From assembly GCA_046292385.1 (NCBI GenBank), contig JBKBRF010000022.1:1-64000 (forward strand): 64,000 nucleotides of DNA, read 5' to 3'. Below, piece by piece: positions 19,918-30,500 of the stretch (positions within the stretch are counted from its first letter, which is position 1; every line of letters starts with the position of its first letter). Below the pieces are notes generated by a model. That model was not told the origin of the DNA. It searched no databases and worked only from the letters and a program-made list of their open reading frames with translations. Position numbers and translations under genes: made by a program. Origin of the DNA: Armatimonadota bacterium. GTDB taxonomy: Bacteria > Armatimonadota > SYMT01.

Positions 19918-20691
19918 TCAGGCGCCTCGAACGACAACCGGCTGCACGGCTTCGGCGGCTTCCGGCAGCTCTTGCGCTTCGGCCGTTGGAGTGAGATCGG
20001 CGGCGCCGGGCTGGTGCTGCCGGATCAGGCCGGCGACACGCTGGAGCAGACCCTCCATACGCTCCTGCTGCCTGCGCTGCCAGCGCTGCGCCGAGGCGCG
20101 AATTCCCAGGTATGCGGCGCCGCTGACTCCGCCCGTCAGCAGTGCATTGATCAGCGCCTGGTCGAGACCGCCGGTCGAGGCGCCGCCGAGCGCGGCGAGG
20201 CCCGCGGCGATCAGGCTGACGATCAACCAGATCAACCAGGCAAGTGAGAGAGCCGTGGAATGATTCTCCAGGAGGTGGACCCTGGTGCTGCCGCCCCGGG
20301 AAACCACGGAGGCATGGACGTTTATGGTGTCTTGCCGCAGATCCCACTCACGCGCTCGCCCTACCGCCGAGGCGGTGCCCGCGTCACCGAAGAGGCGGCG
20401 CAGCTCGGCCAGGATCGAGTCCCACGCCTCTTCTGTGAGCTCCGCGGGGACCACCTGTTCCAGATCGATCACCCCCGCCGTGCCCGCAGCGCTCCGTCCG
20501 GCGACTTCGGCGGCGGCCGCCCGAACATGCCGCGGGTCGATCCCGATCTCAGCGGCGATCCGCTCCATCTCGGCCAGCGAAATGCCGGAGGACCGCTCGG
20601 CACCCGCCGCTGCGGAGCGCTCGACGGCGCGCTTTAAGATCGCTCCCGCCTGCTTCTCATCGTAGATCGGCCCGCCTGTTTCGTCGCCCAT
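19918..20691 (-). CDS. Hypothetical membrane protein with two C-terminal TM helices
   Basis: YDEKQAGAILKRAVE...LAEMERIAAEIGIDP N-terminal motif; two hydrophobic helices. Confidence 0.7.
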   Translation of the reverse strand: MGDETGGPIYDEKQAGAILKRAVERSAAAGAERSSGISLAEMERIAAEIGIDPRHVRAAAAEVAGRSAAGTAGVIDLEQVVPAELTEEAWDSILAELRRLFGDAGTASAVGRAREWDLRQDTINVHASVVSRGGSTRVHLLENHSTALSLAWLIWLIVSLIAAGLAALGGASTGGLDQALINALLTGGVSGAAYLGIRASAQRWQRRQQERMEGLLQRVAGLIRQHQPGAADLTPTAEAQELPEAAEAVQPVVVRGA

Positions 20692-20938
20692 GTCGATCTT
20701 CCCCGAAGAGGCCTTTCCCGTGATACGAGGGGTTCTTGCGGCGGTTCCCGTGTCCGTAAGGGTGCAGCTCACACGATGGTGAGTCGCTACTGGTGAGGCC
20801 AGGTACTTCTGTGTAGTTGGAGTGGGCGCAAGGGAGAGTGGGGGAGTGGGAGATCTGCTCCGGTAAGCAGTTTCTCAAGCTCGCCCTCTCGCCCACTCTC
20901 CCTTGCCCAATTCCCCTCCCCCTCTGCCTGACGGAGTC

Positions 20939-22753
20939 TCAGTCCTTCTCGCCGACGGTCCAGCGCCGCAGGAGCAGCTTGAGGATCAGGAGCGAGGCGA
21001 CGGTTCCGAAGATCTGCAGCCCCAGGCTGATCCACGAGGAGCGCACCAGCTCCGGCGTGGGGCCGTGCAGCACCAGCAGCAGCGCCAGCAGCGGCGGGGT
21101 GAACGGCAGCGCCAGCCCGCTCGCGCCTCCGATCGGCGGCGGGAGCATCGTCGCGAGGGTCGGGATCGCCCCCAGCACCGCCCACCGGTAGAGCGCCTCC
21201 TCCAGGGTCGGCGTGCTCAGTGCCAGCACCGCGGAGAGACAGGCGAGGGCGCTCGGGAAGATCAGGACGTGGAGCGCCATCCAGTAGGACGACTCCAGCG
21301 GCATCGCCCCGCGCCACCCGAGCAGCACCGCCGTGCCGCTGGAGACGAGGCTCACCCAGAGCATCGGGCGCACCACCCCCTTGATCTTGCCGGCGGCCAG
21401 GCTCAGGTTGTCGAGCGGCAGCCCGGCCAGCGCCGGCCAGCGGTGCTGGTCGCGCTCCCAGCCGAAGCTGACGGCGACCCCGCCCGACATGAGCAGCAGC
21501 GACCCGGTGGCGGGGAGCAGCACCGCCGCGATGGCGGTGTACTCGCCCATCTTCGGCACCAGCAGGCTCCAGCCCACCAGGAACAGGTAGGCCATGATCG
21601 CCAGGCACCAGAGGAACGGGTGCAGGTAGACCCGGTGCCCCAGCGCCACGTCGAACGCCGCGATGGGGTTGCCGCCGTCCCGGTAGTTGGGCCGGCGACG
21701 CTCCTCCGAGCCGTACTGCATGAAGTGGTGCACGTCGTGATGCACCCACGCTTCGCCGGTCCGCCGGGAGACGTCCCGCTCCGGCAGCGTGGCGAGCGAG
21801 CCCTGCACCGCGTCCATGCTCTTGCGCATCATGAAGACCGCGATGCCGACCAGCACCAGCCAGTCGGTGAGCCAGAAGGTGCCCCACTGCCCGAACGACG
21901 CTCCCACCGCGAGCAGCGGATTGCCGTGCTGCGCGATCTGGCGAGCGCACCACTGCAAGATCGCCAGCACGAAGCCGAGCGCCTGGAGTCCTCCGGGTAC
22001 GAAGCCGAGCAGCCCGCCGATGATGGTGAAGAAGCCGAGCATCGACCAGATCACCACGATCGGCATGAACGGGCCTTTGAGCCACCATTCGGTCAGCGGC
22101 ACCATGGCGCCCCGGCGCAGCGTGAACGCCAGGCCCCACCCCATGCCGAACCAGACGCCCAGCACCCCGGCCGGGGCCAGGGTGAGCTGGAGCCGCAGGG
22201 CGCTCCCGAGCCCCTGCCCGGCCATCGCCGCCAGGAGGAGGCAGACCGGGAAGCTGACGGCGACGAGCCAGAGCGACGCCACGGCGGAAGCGGTCGCCTC
22301 TCCCATCGCGATGTCGGCGGGAGAGCAGCGGGTGAGCATCAGCTCATCCAGCCGGTCGGTGTAGAGATCCTTACGGAGCCGGCGGATGGTCCACTGCGCC
22401 ATCCAGAAGAAGAGGCCGCCCTGGAGGGCGTAGCCGCAGAGGAGAGCCCAGTCGGGCCCCGTAGGGAACTGCCAGCTCTGCGTATGCGCCCGGAAGAGGA
22501 GCGGCAGCACCAGTACGCCGGTGCAGTAGACCCCCCAGATGCCGAGCAGCCGGTGCCAGTGGCGCGAGCGCAGGATGAGCGAGAGCTCCCGCACCAGCAT
22601 CGCGGCGACGGTGCTCCCGTCCGCCTTGCCAAGCAAGCGCGCGAGCAGCCCGGTCAACAGGTGGACCAGGCGCGTCCGCAGCCTCACGGACGGCGTCAAT
22701 CCACCCGGGGGAAGCGTCTGCGCTTGCGACCCGCTCGCGGAGGGACCCAGCAT
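20939..22753 (-). CDS. ABC-2-type permease-like polytopic membrane protein
   Basis: Two halves each with a permease-like motif (LDELMLTRCSPADI; ERDQHRWPALAGLPL..GKI); many TM helices; start uncertain. Confidence 0.65.
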   Translation of the reverse strand: MLGPSASGSQAQTLPPGGLTPSVRLRTRLVHLLTGLLARLLGKADGSTVAAMLVRELSLILRSRHWHRLLGIWGVYCTGVLVLPLLFRAHTQSWQFPTGPDWALLCGYALQGGLFFWMAQWTIRRLRKDLYTDRLDELMLTRCSPADIAMGEATASAVASLWLVAVSFPVCLLLAAMAGQGLGSALRLQLTLAPAGVLGVWFGMGWGLAFTLRRGAMVPLTEWWLKGPFMPIVVIWSMLGFFTIIGGLLGFVPGGLQALGFVLAILQWCARQIAQHGNPLLAVGASFGQWGTFWLTDWLVLVGIAVFMMRKSMDAVQGSLATLPERDVSRRTGEAWVHHDVHHFMQYGSEERRRPNYRDGGNPIAAFDVALGHRVYLHPFLWCLAIMAYLFLVGWSLLVPKMGEYTAIAAVLLPATGSLLLMSGGVAVSFGWERDQHRWPALAGLPLDNLSLAAGKIKGVVRPMLWVSLVSSGTAVLLGWRGAMPLESSYWMALHVLIFPSALACLSAVLALSTPTLEEALYRWAVLGAIPTLATMLPPPIGGASGLALPFTPPLLALLLVLHGPTPELVRSSWISLGLQIFGTVASLLILKLLLRRWTVGEKD

Positions 22754-22949
22754 GCCGGCTCCACCTCCCGGTGGTAATACGGGGAAGCAACGACGGGCCC
22801 CCAGGGGCAATCCGTACTCTTCTTCCCAGTAATAACGGACATTTACCGGGGACTTGAGAGTTCCCTGCACCTCGGCGGATTTGTGAGTGAAGGAAGGATG
22901 GCGGGCACGATGTAGCATCCGCATCCGGAGAGCGCACCCAAGCCACAGC

Positions 22950-23804
22950 CTAACCCCGAGACCCTAGACCCTCCACGATCCGCTGCGCTCTGGCGTAGAG
23001 GTCCCTGCGGGCGAGGCCGGTGCGCTCGGCGGCCGCGCGGGCGGCGTCTCGCACGCTCTGGCCCTCGCTCAGGAGCTGCTCCAGGAGGGCGTCCACCTCC
23101 ACCTCGGGCGGCGGCTCGGGCGCTTCCCCGTCGCTGCCGGCGACCACGACCACGCACTCCCCCCGGGCCGCCCGCTCCGTGAAGGTCGCCTCCAACGACG
23201 AGAGCGGGCCGCGGACCACCTCCTCGAACTTCTTGCTCAGCTCGCGGGCTACCGCGGCGGGCCGGTCGCCCAGCACCTCGCGCAGCCCGGCCAGGGTCCC
23301 GACCAGCCGCTCCGCCGATTCGTAGAAGACGAGGGTGTGCGGCAGGGCGCGGAGCCGCTCCAGCACCTTACGCCGGTCCCCCTTCCCGCGCGGCAGGAAG
23401 CCCTCGAAGAGGAAGCGCGAGGGGTCGAGCCCGGAGGCGGAGAGGGCGGCGACGACCGCGCTGGGGCCGGGGATCGGCACTACCCGCACGCCGGCCGCGG
23501 CGGCGTCCCGCACCAGCTCGCCGCCCGGATCGCTGACCCCGGGGGTGCCGGCGTCGCTCACCAGCGCCACGTCCTCCCCGCTCTGGAGCCGCTCGATCAG
23601 CGCTTCGGCGCGCGCGGAGCCGCTGTGGGCGTGGTAGCTGGTGAGCGGCGTGTGGACGTCGAAGTGGGAGAGCAGCTTGCGGGTCACCCGGGTGTCTTCC
23701 GCGGCGATGACCGCGGCTTCCCGGAGGATCCGCAGCGCGCGCGGGGAGAGGTCCTCCAGGTTCCCAATCGGGGTGGCGACCACGTAGAGCGTTCCGGATG
23801 CCAT
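22950..23804 (-). CDS. rsmI: 16S rRNA (cytidine1402-2'-O)-methyltransferase
   Basis: LYVVATPIGNLEDLSPRA, AAEDTR, LVSDAGTPGVSDPG, ARELSKKFEE. Confidence 0.96.
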   Translation of the reverse strand: MASGTLYVVATPIGNLEDLSPRALRILREAAVIAAEDTRVTRKLLSHFDVHTPLTSYHAHSGSARAEALIERLQSGEDVALVSDAGTPGVSDPGGELVRDAAAAGVRVVPIPGPSAVVAALSASGLDPSRFLFEGFLPRGKGDRRKVLERLRALPHTLVFYESAERLVGTLAGLREVLGDRPAAVARELSKKFEEVVRGPLSSLEATFTERAARGECVVVVAGSDGEAPEPPPEVEVDALLEQLLSEGQSVRDAARAAAERTGLARRDLYARAQRIVEGLGSRG

Positions 23805-23927
23805 CGGCTCGACTCGTTTGGAACGACGGACATGAAAGAAGGCGGAGAGGAGAGAGCGGCACCTGGCCGGCTCCTTCCTCTCCGCCTCACGTTACCGCAA
23901 GCACGCTCTCCGGAGCGTGGCTTTCCG

Positions 23928-25571
23928 CTACGGAGCGGCGGGCGCGTTCCCCGCCGGGGTATTGGCGGCCGGGGCGTTGCCAGTGGGGGCGTTGCCGGCC
24001 GGGGCGTTACCCTGGGTGGAGAAGGTGCTCGTCTTCTTCGCCGCCGCTTCCGCCGCCTTCTGCTCCGCCTGGGCCTTCAGCATCGCTTCCTGCTGCGCCT
24101 TCTGCTGCGCTTCGCGGCGCGCCAGCTGCTCCACGCGCGACTTCTGCGCCTGCTGCGCCAGGTCGTTGCGCCCCAGCTCCTTGAACCGGGCGGCGAGCTG
24201 CTCCAGGATTTCCGGGTGGTTGTAGGCCGCCTTCATCGCGTCCTGGTAAGCCTTCACCGCCTCGGTCTTCTTGTTCAGCTTCTCCAGGTTCTGCCCCAGC
24301 GCCTGATAGAGCTGCGGGTAGCCGCTGTTGCGGGAGTACTTCTCCAGCAGCGCCACCGCTTTGTCGTGCTGCTCCGCCAGCTGGTACATCTGCGCCAGCT
24401 TGTAAGCGAGCGGCGGGCCGCCGGCCGGATCGTTCTTCTCCAGCGCCTGGGCGTAGAGCTGCATCGCCTGCTCGCGCTGCTGCTTGGTCGGCTCGGTCGC
24501 GCTGCCGATGTTGGTCTCCGCCAGGTAGCCCTGCAGCCACGGCGACTTCGCGTCGATCTCGAGCGAGCGCTGGTACTCCGCGAAGAGGCCCTGCGCCGCC
24601 TGGCGGGCCGCCGCCTGGCGGTAGCTCTGAATCGCCTCGTCGCGCTTCTTCTGGTCCTTCGCTTCCTCGCCGGTCGGCGTGTACGGCCGCTCCTCCAGCG
24701 CCTTCAGCACGTGGACGCCGCGCTGCGTCTGCACCGGCTCGCTCACCTCGCCCGGACGAAGCCGGAGGGCGGCGGAGATGAACTCCGGTCCCCAATGGGT
24801 CGCATCGGGGCCCTTCTGCTTCGCCTGGTCCGGCGGGGCCGGCACGGCGCTCACCCAGCCGGTGTCCCCGCCCGATCCCTTGCTGGCGTCGTCCTCCGAG
24901 TACTGGCTCACGAGCTGCGCGAAGTCGATTCCACCGCGAGCCCGCCGGGAGATCTCCCGCGCCAGGTTGCGAGCCTGGTCTTCGGTCCGCTTCTCCGTCG
25001 TCAGGAGGATGTGCGCCACGCGGATCTCGACCGGCCGCACCTGCTGCTCCAGGCGGCTCTGAAGCCGCTCCGCCATCAGGCCGCGGCGCGCGGAATCGGT
25101 GCTCGCCATCTCCAGCATCGCCGCGCGGGCCTGCCGGAGCTCTTCTTCCGTGGCGCCCTCGCCGCGCTGCGCCAGGATCTGGTCAATCTGCTGCTCGATC
25201 TGCGCCCGCGCCTCGGAGCTGGAGACGCTAACGCCGTTCGCCTCGGCCGCTTCCGCCTGCGCGTACTCGCCCACGATCTGCTGCCAGGCGATCTCGGGAA
25301 ACTGCATCCGCTGCTCCAGCGAGACCGGCTGACCGCCGAACTGGGCGAACTGCTCGTACTGCCGCTCCACCTGACGCATCGTGGCGTCGAACTGCGCGTT
25401 GCTCACCGGATCGCCGTTGATGCGGGCGAACTCCGCGGCGCCGCTGCCGGCGGGCGCCGGGGTGCTGCCGGTGTTGTACATCGCGACGGCACCCAGGACG
25501 AAGACGACGACGAACGCCCACACCAAGATCTGAAGATACTTCATGTTCTCGCGGGCGCGGACTAGAGACAT
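23928..25571 (-). CDS. Parvulin-type peptidyl-prolyl isomerase (SurA/PpiD-like) with TPRs
   Basis: N-terminal TM, SurA_N-like helices, VAHILL, FAQLVSQYSED..GGDTGW, C-terminal TPR-like helices and (GNAPA)n tail. Confidence 0.85.
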   Translation of the reverse strand: MSLVRARENMKYLQILVWAFVVVFVLGAVAMYNTGSTPAPAGSGAAEFARINGDPVSNAQFDATMRQVERQYEQFAQFGGQPVSLEQRMQFPEIAWQQIVGEYAQAEAAEANGVSVSSSEARAQIEQQIDQILAQRGEGATEEELRQARAAMLEMASTDSARRGLMAERLQSRLEQQVRPVEIRVAHILLTTEKRTEDQARNLAREISRRARGGIDFAQLVSQYSEDDASKGSGGDTGWVSAVPAPPDQAKQKGPDATHWGPEFISAALRLRPGEVSEPVQTQRGVHVLKALEERPYTPTGEEAKDQKKRDEAIQSYRQAAARQAAQGLFAEYQRSLEIDAKSPWLQGYLAETNIGSATEPTKQQREQAMQLYAQALEKNDPAGGPPLAYKLAQMYQLAEQHDKAVALLEKYSRNSGYPQLYQALGQNLEKLNKKTEAVKAYQDAMKAAYNHPEILEQLAARFKELGRNDLAQQAQKSRVEQLARREAQQKAQQEAMLKAQAEQKAAEAAAKKTSTFSTQGNAPAGNAPTGNAPAANTPAGNAPAAP

Positions 25572-25951
25572 ATTCGAGCTCCCCTAGAGAATGCCGGGGC
25601 CTGGCCGGTCATCCGGATCGTTCCAATGAATATCAATGAGATGGCCTGCGGACCGTTGGCGCTCGCGGCACAGGCGGCGGGGCAGAACGCGCGGAGGCGT
25701 CCTTCTCAGGATACTTCGCAGGCGCGCATCCGCGTTCCACCACCGCCTAAACCGGCGGAATGGAAAAAGGGTCCGGAAGCGAGCGCATGTTAACGAACTG
25801 CCCGCCGGGGGTCAAGGATGTGGCCCCGGCGGCCGGCGCGAGCAGGAGTTCAAGCGTAACTCTACCGAACTAATTGCCATCCTATTCATATAAGCCTGGC
25901 TTGCATCCGAGACCCGCTCGGTCCGGTGCCGGGCGCCGTGGGAGCTGCGCC

Positions 25952-27430
25952 ATGCCGTTCATCGATCGCGTCATTCAGTATCTGCAGACTCAGCAGGGCG
26001 AGCGCGTCGTTCTGGAGAGCGACCAGCCCGCGATGATCTACCGAGCAGGCGGCGCGTTGGCGTCGACTTCCAAGGACCCTCTCACCTCGAGTTACATCAG
26101 CAACCTGCTGAACGAGGTGATGCCCGAGGATCTCCGCGCCAACTACGATCGCGGCCATCCCGTGATCTTTCCGTACCAGTACGGAGCCGGCGCGGTGGAG
26201 GTGGAAGTCACCCAGAACTCCGGCACCGTCCGCGTCAGCATCGGCGTGCCGGAGATCCGCCAGCCGACGGTCTATCTCGGCGAGGACGACGGTGCGCCCG
26301 GAGTGCCCGCCGCCCCCGCGCACACCGGGCCGGAGACGTCGGTGGAGCACCTGGACGAGCTCTTCCGGCTGCTGCGAGACATGGAGGGCTCCGACCTCCA
26401 CCTGAGCTCCAAGCAGAAGCCGATGTTCCGCATTCACGGCCGGATGATGCGCCTGGAGCAGTTCTCCCCCCTCTCCCCGGAGGAGGTCAAGCGCCTGCTC
26501 TGGGCGATCGCTCCGGACCGCAATAAGGAGGAGTGGGAGCAAGACCACGACAGCGACTTCGCCTACGAGATCGAGGGGGTGGCACGCTTCCGCTGCAACA
26601 TCTTCGCGGACCGGCACGGGCCCGGGGGCGTGTTCCGCCTGATTCCGAGCAAGATCCAGACCGCCAAGGATCTCAACCTCACCCAGGCGATGCTCGACCT
26701 CTGCTTCCTCTCCAAGGGGCTGGTGGTGGTGACGGGGCCCACCGGCTCCGGCAAGTCGACCACCCTGGCGGCGCTGGTCGACCACGTGAACAAGCACCGG
26801 GACGACCACATCATCACGATCGAGGACCCGATCGAGTTCGTCCACGACAACATCAACTGCCTGGTGAACCAGCGGGAGGTGCACGTCCACACCAACAGCT
26901 TCTCCCGGGCGCTGCGCGCGGCGCTGCGCGAGGACCCGGACATCGTGCTCGTGGGGGAAATGCGCGACCTGGAGACGGTGGCGATCGCGATTGAGACGGC
27001 GGAAACCGGACACCTGGTCTTCGGCACCCTGCACACGACGACCGCCGCCAGCACGGTCGACCGCATCATCGACCAGTTCCCGGCGGACCAGCAAGAGCAG
27101 ATTCGCGTCATGCTCTCGGAGTCGCTCAAGGCGGTGATCGCGCAGACGCTCTGCCGCACCAAAGACGGGCGCCGCGCGGCAGCGTTCGAGATCCTGCTGA
27201 TCGACCCCGCCGCCGCCAACCTGATCCGCGAAGGGAAGACCTACCAGCTTCCCAGCATGATGCAGATCGGCAAGGGCCGCGGCTGCATCACGATGAACGA
27301 CAGCCTCTTCGCCCACGTGAAGGCAGGACGGGTGGAGCCGAAGGAAGCCTACGTCAAGGCGGTCGACAAGGTCGGCCTCCTCTCGATGTTCGACAAGGAA
27401 GGGATCCGGATCGACCTTTCCGCCGCCTGA
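25952..27430 (+). CDS. pilT: PilT/PilU family type IV pilus ATPase with duplicated N-domain
   Basis: GPTGSGKSTT, TIEDPIE, LREDPDIVLVGEMRD, TGHLVFGTLHT, AAANLIRE. Confidence 0.9.
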   Translation: MPFIDRVIQYLQTQQGERVVLESDQPAMIYRAGGALASTSKDPLTSSYISNLLNEVMPEDLRANYDRGHPVIFPYQYGAGAVEVEVTQNSGTVRVSIGVPEIRQPTVYLGEDDGAPGVPAAPAHTGPETSVEHLDELFRLLRDMEGSDLHLSSKQKPMFRIHGRMMRLEQFSPLSPEEVKRLLWAIAPDRNKEEWEQDHDSDFAYEIEGVARFRCNIFADRHGPGGVFRLIPSKIQTAKDLNLTQAMLDLCFLSKGLVVVTGPTGSGKSTTLAALVDHVNKHRDDHIITIEDPIEFVHDNINCLVNQREVHVHTNSFSRALRAALREDPDIVLVGEMRDLETVAIAIETAETGHLVFGTLHTTTAASTVDRIIDQFPADQQEQIRVMLSESLKAVIAQTLCRTKDGRRAAAFEILLIDPAAANLIREGKTYQLPSMMQIGKGRGCITMNDSLFAHVKAGRVEPKEAYVKAVDKVGLLSMFDKEGIRIDLSAA

Positions 27431-27585
27431 TCGGAGCGGCGGGCGCTCCCGGGAGATCCGCCACGTTCATCCAACCAGACGTGGCAGATCTCCCTCTTCC
27501 GCGCGTCCCCCGGCATCGTCACCCGGTTCAGCCCTCCTTCATTCCGCAGGCACCATAGTCTCGGCCGCCCACCCGAGGAATCCAG

Positions 27586-30500
27586 ATGTATCCGCTCCCG
27601 CCGCGGCTCTCCCTCGGCGTCGTCCTCTCCTTGCTCGTGCTCTCCGCCGCCCACGCTCCGCTCCGGGGCGCTCCGCCCCCTCCGCTCCGCAGCTACTCGG
27701 TGACGGAGCGGTATGGCGTCTCTCACCCGCAGCAGATCATCGACTTCGACGGGGCGCCGGCCGGCGATCCCCGCAATTGGTACGTCATCGGACCGGACGG
27801 GAGAGAGGCGCCGTTCCAGCTCCTGGGCGGCGGAAAGCTTGCGGTGATGACCGACCTACCGGCCGGCGCCAAAAAGACTTGGCGTCTCCAAGCGGGCCGG
27901 CCACAGGCGCCGTTCGCGGGCAGAGTTACGCTCCGGAAGCACGGAGGCGGCTACGAACTCGTCAACGGGCTGACTGGCGTCCGCATCCCCACCCCTCCCG
28001 CAGACCTGTCCCGCACGCCGGCGCCGATCCAGGGCGTGCGCTACGCCGACGGCGCCTGGAGCGCCACGGGACCGAACTTCCTCTCGGTCGCGGCGCGCGC
28101 CATGGAAGTGCAGGTCCTGGAGCAGGGTCCGCTTAAGGCAGTCGTCGTGGTGCTCTACCGATTTCCGCGGCCGGAGCTGCGGGATGGGGAAAGGGTCGTC
28201 GCCCCAGCCGGAGAGGGTTTCTACCGCTGCACGGTCGAGCTGCAGGCGGGCCAGCCCTCGGTGCTGGTGGAGGACGACACCGACGTCGACTTCTCGTACA
28301 CACTCGACCTCTATCCCGGCCTGCTGCCGACCCAGGCGCGGTACCGAGGTGCACGCTCGGAGTCGCCCGAGGCGGGCCGCGACGAGTCAGGACGCAAGTA
28401 CGAGGGCCACAACGGCAAGGTCGCCACCGACGCGATCGTCGATCTCAAGTATGATCGGCCCCGCGACTACCCGCGCATGGGTCACTGGCACCCGTGGATC
28501 GAGAGCTCCGGCTGGTACTGGATGCTCTACAACCCGGCGGGGAGCAGACTGGCGGGGATCTTCGGCGGTCGCGCCTCACGCCTCATCGGCGCCACGAACA
28601 GCGGCGTCAACGTCTTCACGCGGCCGGGCTCCGGCAGTGCGCCACCGGCTTGCGGGCTGCGGATCTCTAGTCTCCGCAGGACGGAAGATGGGCGCGTCTT
28701 CCCCCGCACGCGCTTTCACTGGGGGCTCTTCGTCGGAACCCGGGAAGAGCACTTGAAGCCGATTGCGGAGGTCCAGCCGATCAACCGGCAGATGAACCTG
28801 CACGGCGGCATCAACCTGAACAAGCTCCATCGGTACGTGCTCGACTACCCCGACCCGGCGCGCGGCTACGGCGCGCTCTTCATGGAGAAGGCGCCGCTCC
28901 AGCAGCTGAACGACCGGATCCGCCGCGAACCGGAAGGTGACGACTTCCGCCGGTTGGCCGAAGGCGACGGCTACAGCCGGGAGCTGCTCCAGTTCTGGAG
29001 CGACAGCACCGGAGAACGACGGACGGCGGTCGTCGACAGCATCGGGCAAGTGGCGCGCGGGTTCCTGGAAGCGATGGTGAATGGGAACGGGATCTACGAC
29101 TGGTCGCCGGATCAGCTCGTCACCAGCTACTCCTACTGGATGGGCGCGCTCGAGATGAGCCGGAAGGCGCTCTGGATCGACCAGGTGCTCGCCGACCCCA
29201 AAACGCCGGCCGTGGACCAGTCACGCGTGAAGGCGTTCGCCGCCACGTTTGGGATGCTCCTCTCGGACGATGACTACGTGCCGCTCTTCGAGGGGCACGG
29301 GATGCACCTCGGAAACCCGAACATGCCGGTGCTGCAGCAGGGCATCCGGAGCCAGTTCACGCTGCTGCTGGCGGAGCACCCGGTGCTGCGGTCCCGCGTA
29401 GCGGAAGTGGAGAAGAAGACGCTCGCCACGCTGCACGAGATCGTAAACGCGCACGGCGCATCCATGAGCGCCACCAACTACATCGGCGCTGGCTTCGCGC
29501 CGACTCTCGACCTCCTCCTCCAGCTCCGGATGCAGGGGAAGGACCACTTCGGCACAGACCCGCGGCTGCGGCGCTTCTCCGAATTCTACATGCACCTGCT
29601 GACGCCGCCGGAGGTCCGCTTCGGAGGGCCGCGCAAGCTCGTCGCCTTCGGAGACAGCTCCACGCAGCGATCCGAGCTGTTCGGCGCGCTCGCCAGCGGC
29701 TTCCGCACCGCCGATCCCGCACTGAGCGCTCGGCTGATGGGCGCGTGGACCGCCGCGGGGAAACCCCATTCCAGCTTCTTCGGCACGTCGATCCTGAAGA
29801 ACGACGAAGCCGCGCCCGCCCGCGAGCCGGCCCTGGGGGACGCCACCTTTCCCGGCTACCTGAGCGTGCTGCGACACGGGTGGGGCAAACCGCATGAGAC
29901 GGCGGTGTGGATGATTGACGGCGATTACTACCACGACCACCGCCACATGGACCAGGGATCGGTAGCGATCTACGCCCTCGGCGCGCCGCTCTCGCTCGAC
30001 TGGGGCTCCCTCTATTACCCGCAAGTCGCAGGCGGGTTCATGCACAGCATGGTGCTGCCGGAGAGCAGCATCGGCGCCGCCGAGGCGCTCGGCCATCCCC
30101 CGGCAAAGCTGCACGGCTGGAACCAGGACAGTCCACCGCTTCACACCAGCTACTTCGTCTGGGGCGTGCCGCCGTGGGGCAAGGCCTCGCAGGACGCCTT
30201 CCTCTCGTTTGACTCCGGGTCGCTGGCGCGGGCGCGGTTCAAGTCGGAGGCCGGCCCGGAATGGATCCGGTCGATCTACTCCATCCGACCCGACCCGGCG
30301 CACCCGCTCATCCTCATCCAGGACCGGTTTGCCGGCGAGGACGCCGGCCCAAAGATCTTCACCCTTAACCTGGCGGCGCAGGGAGAGGTGGAGACCCCTA
30401 CTGGACGCGTCTCGCCCCCTATGCGCACTCACGACGCCCAGGGTGGACGGGAGCCGAACAAGAAGGAGCTCCCCTCCGCGGGCCCGGTCTTCCCGCTGCA

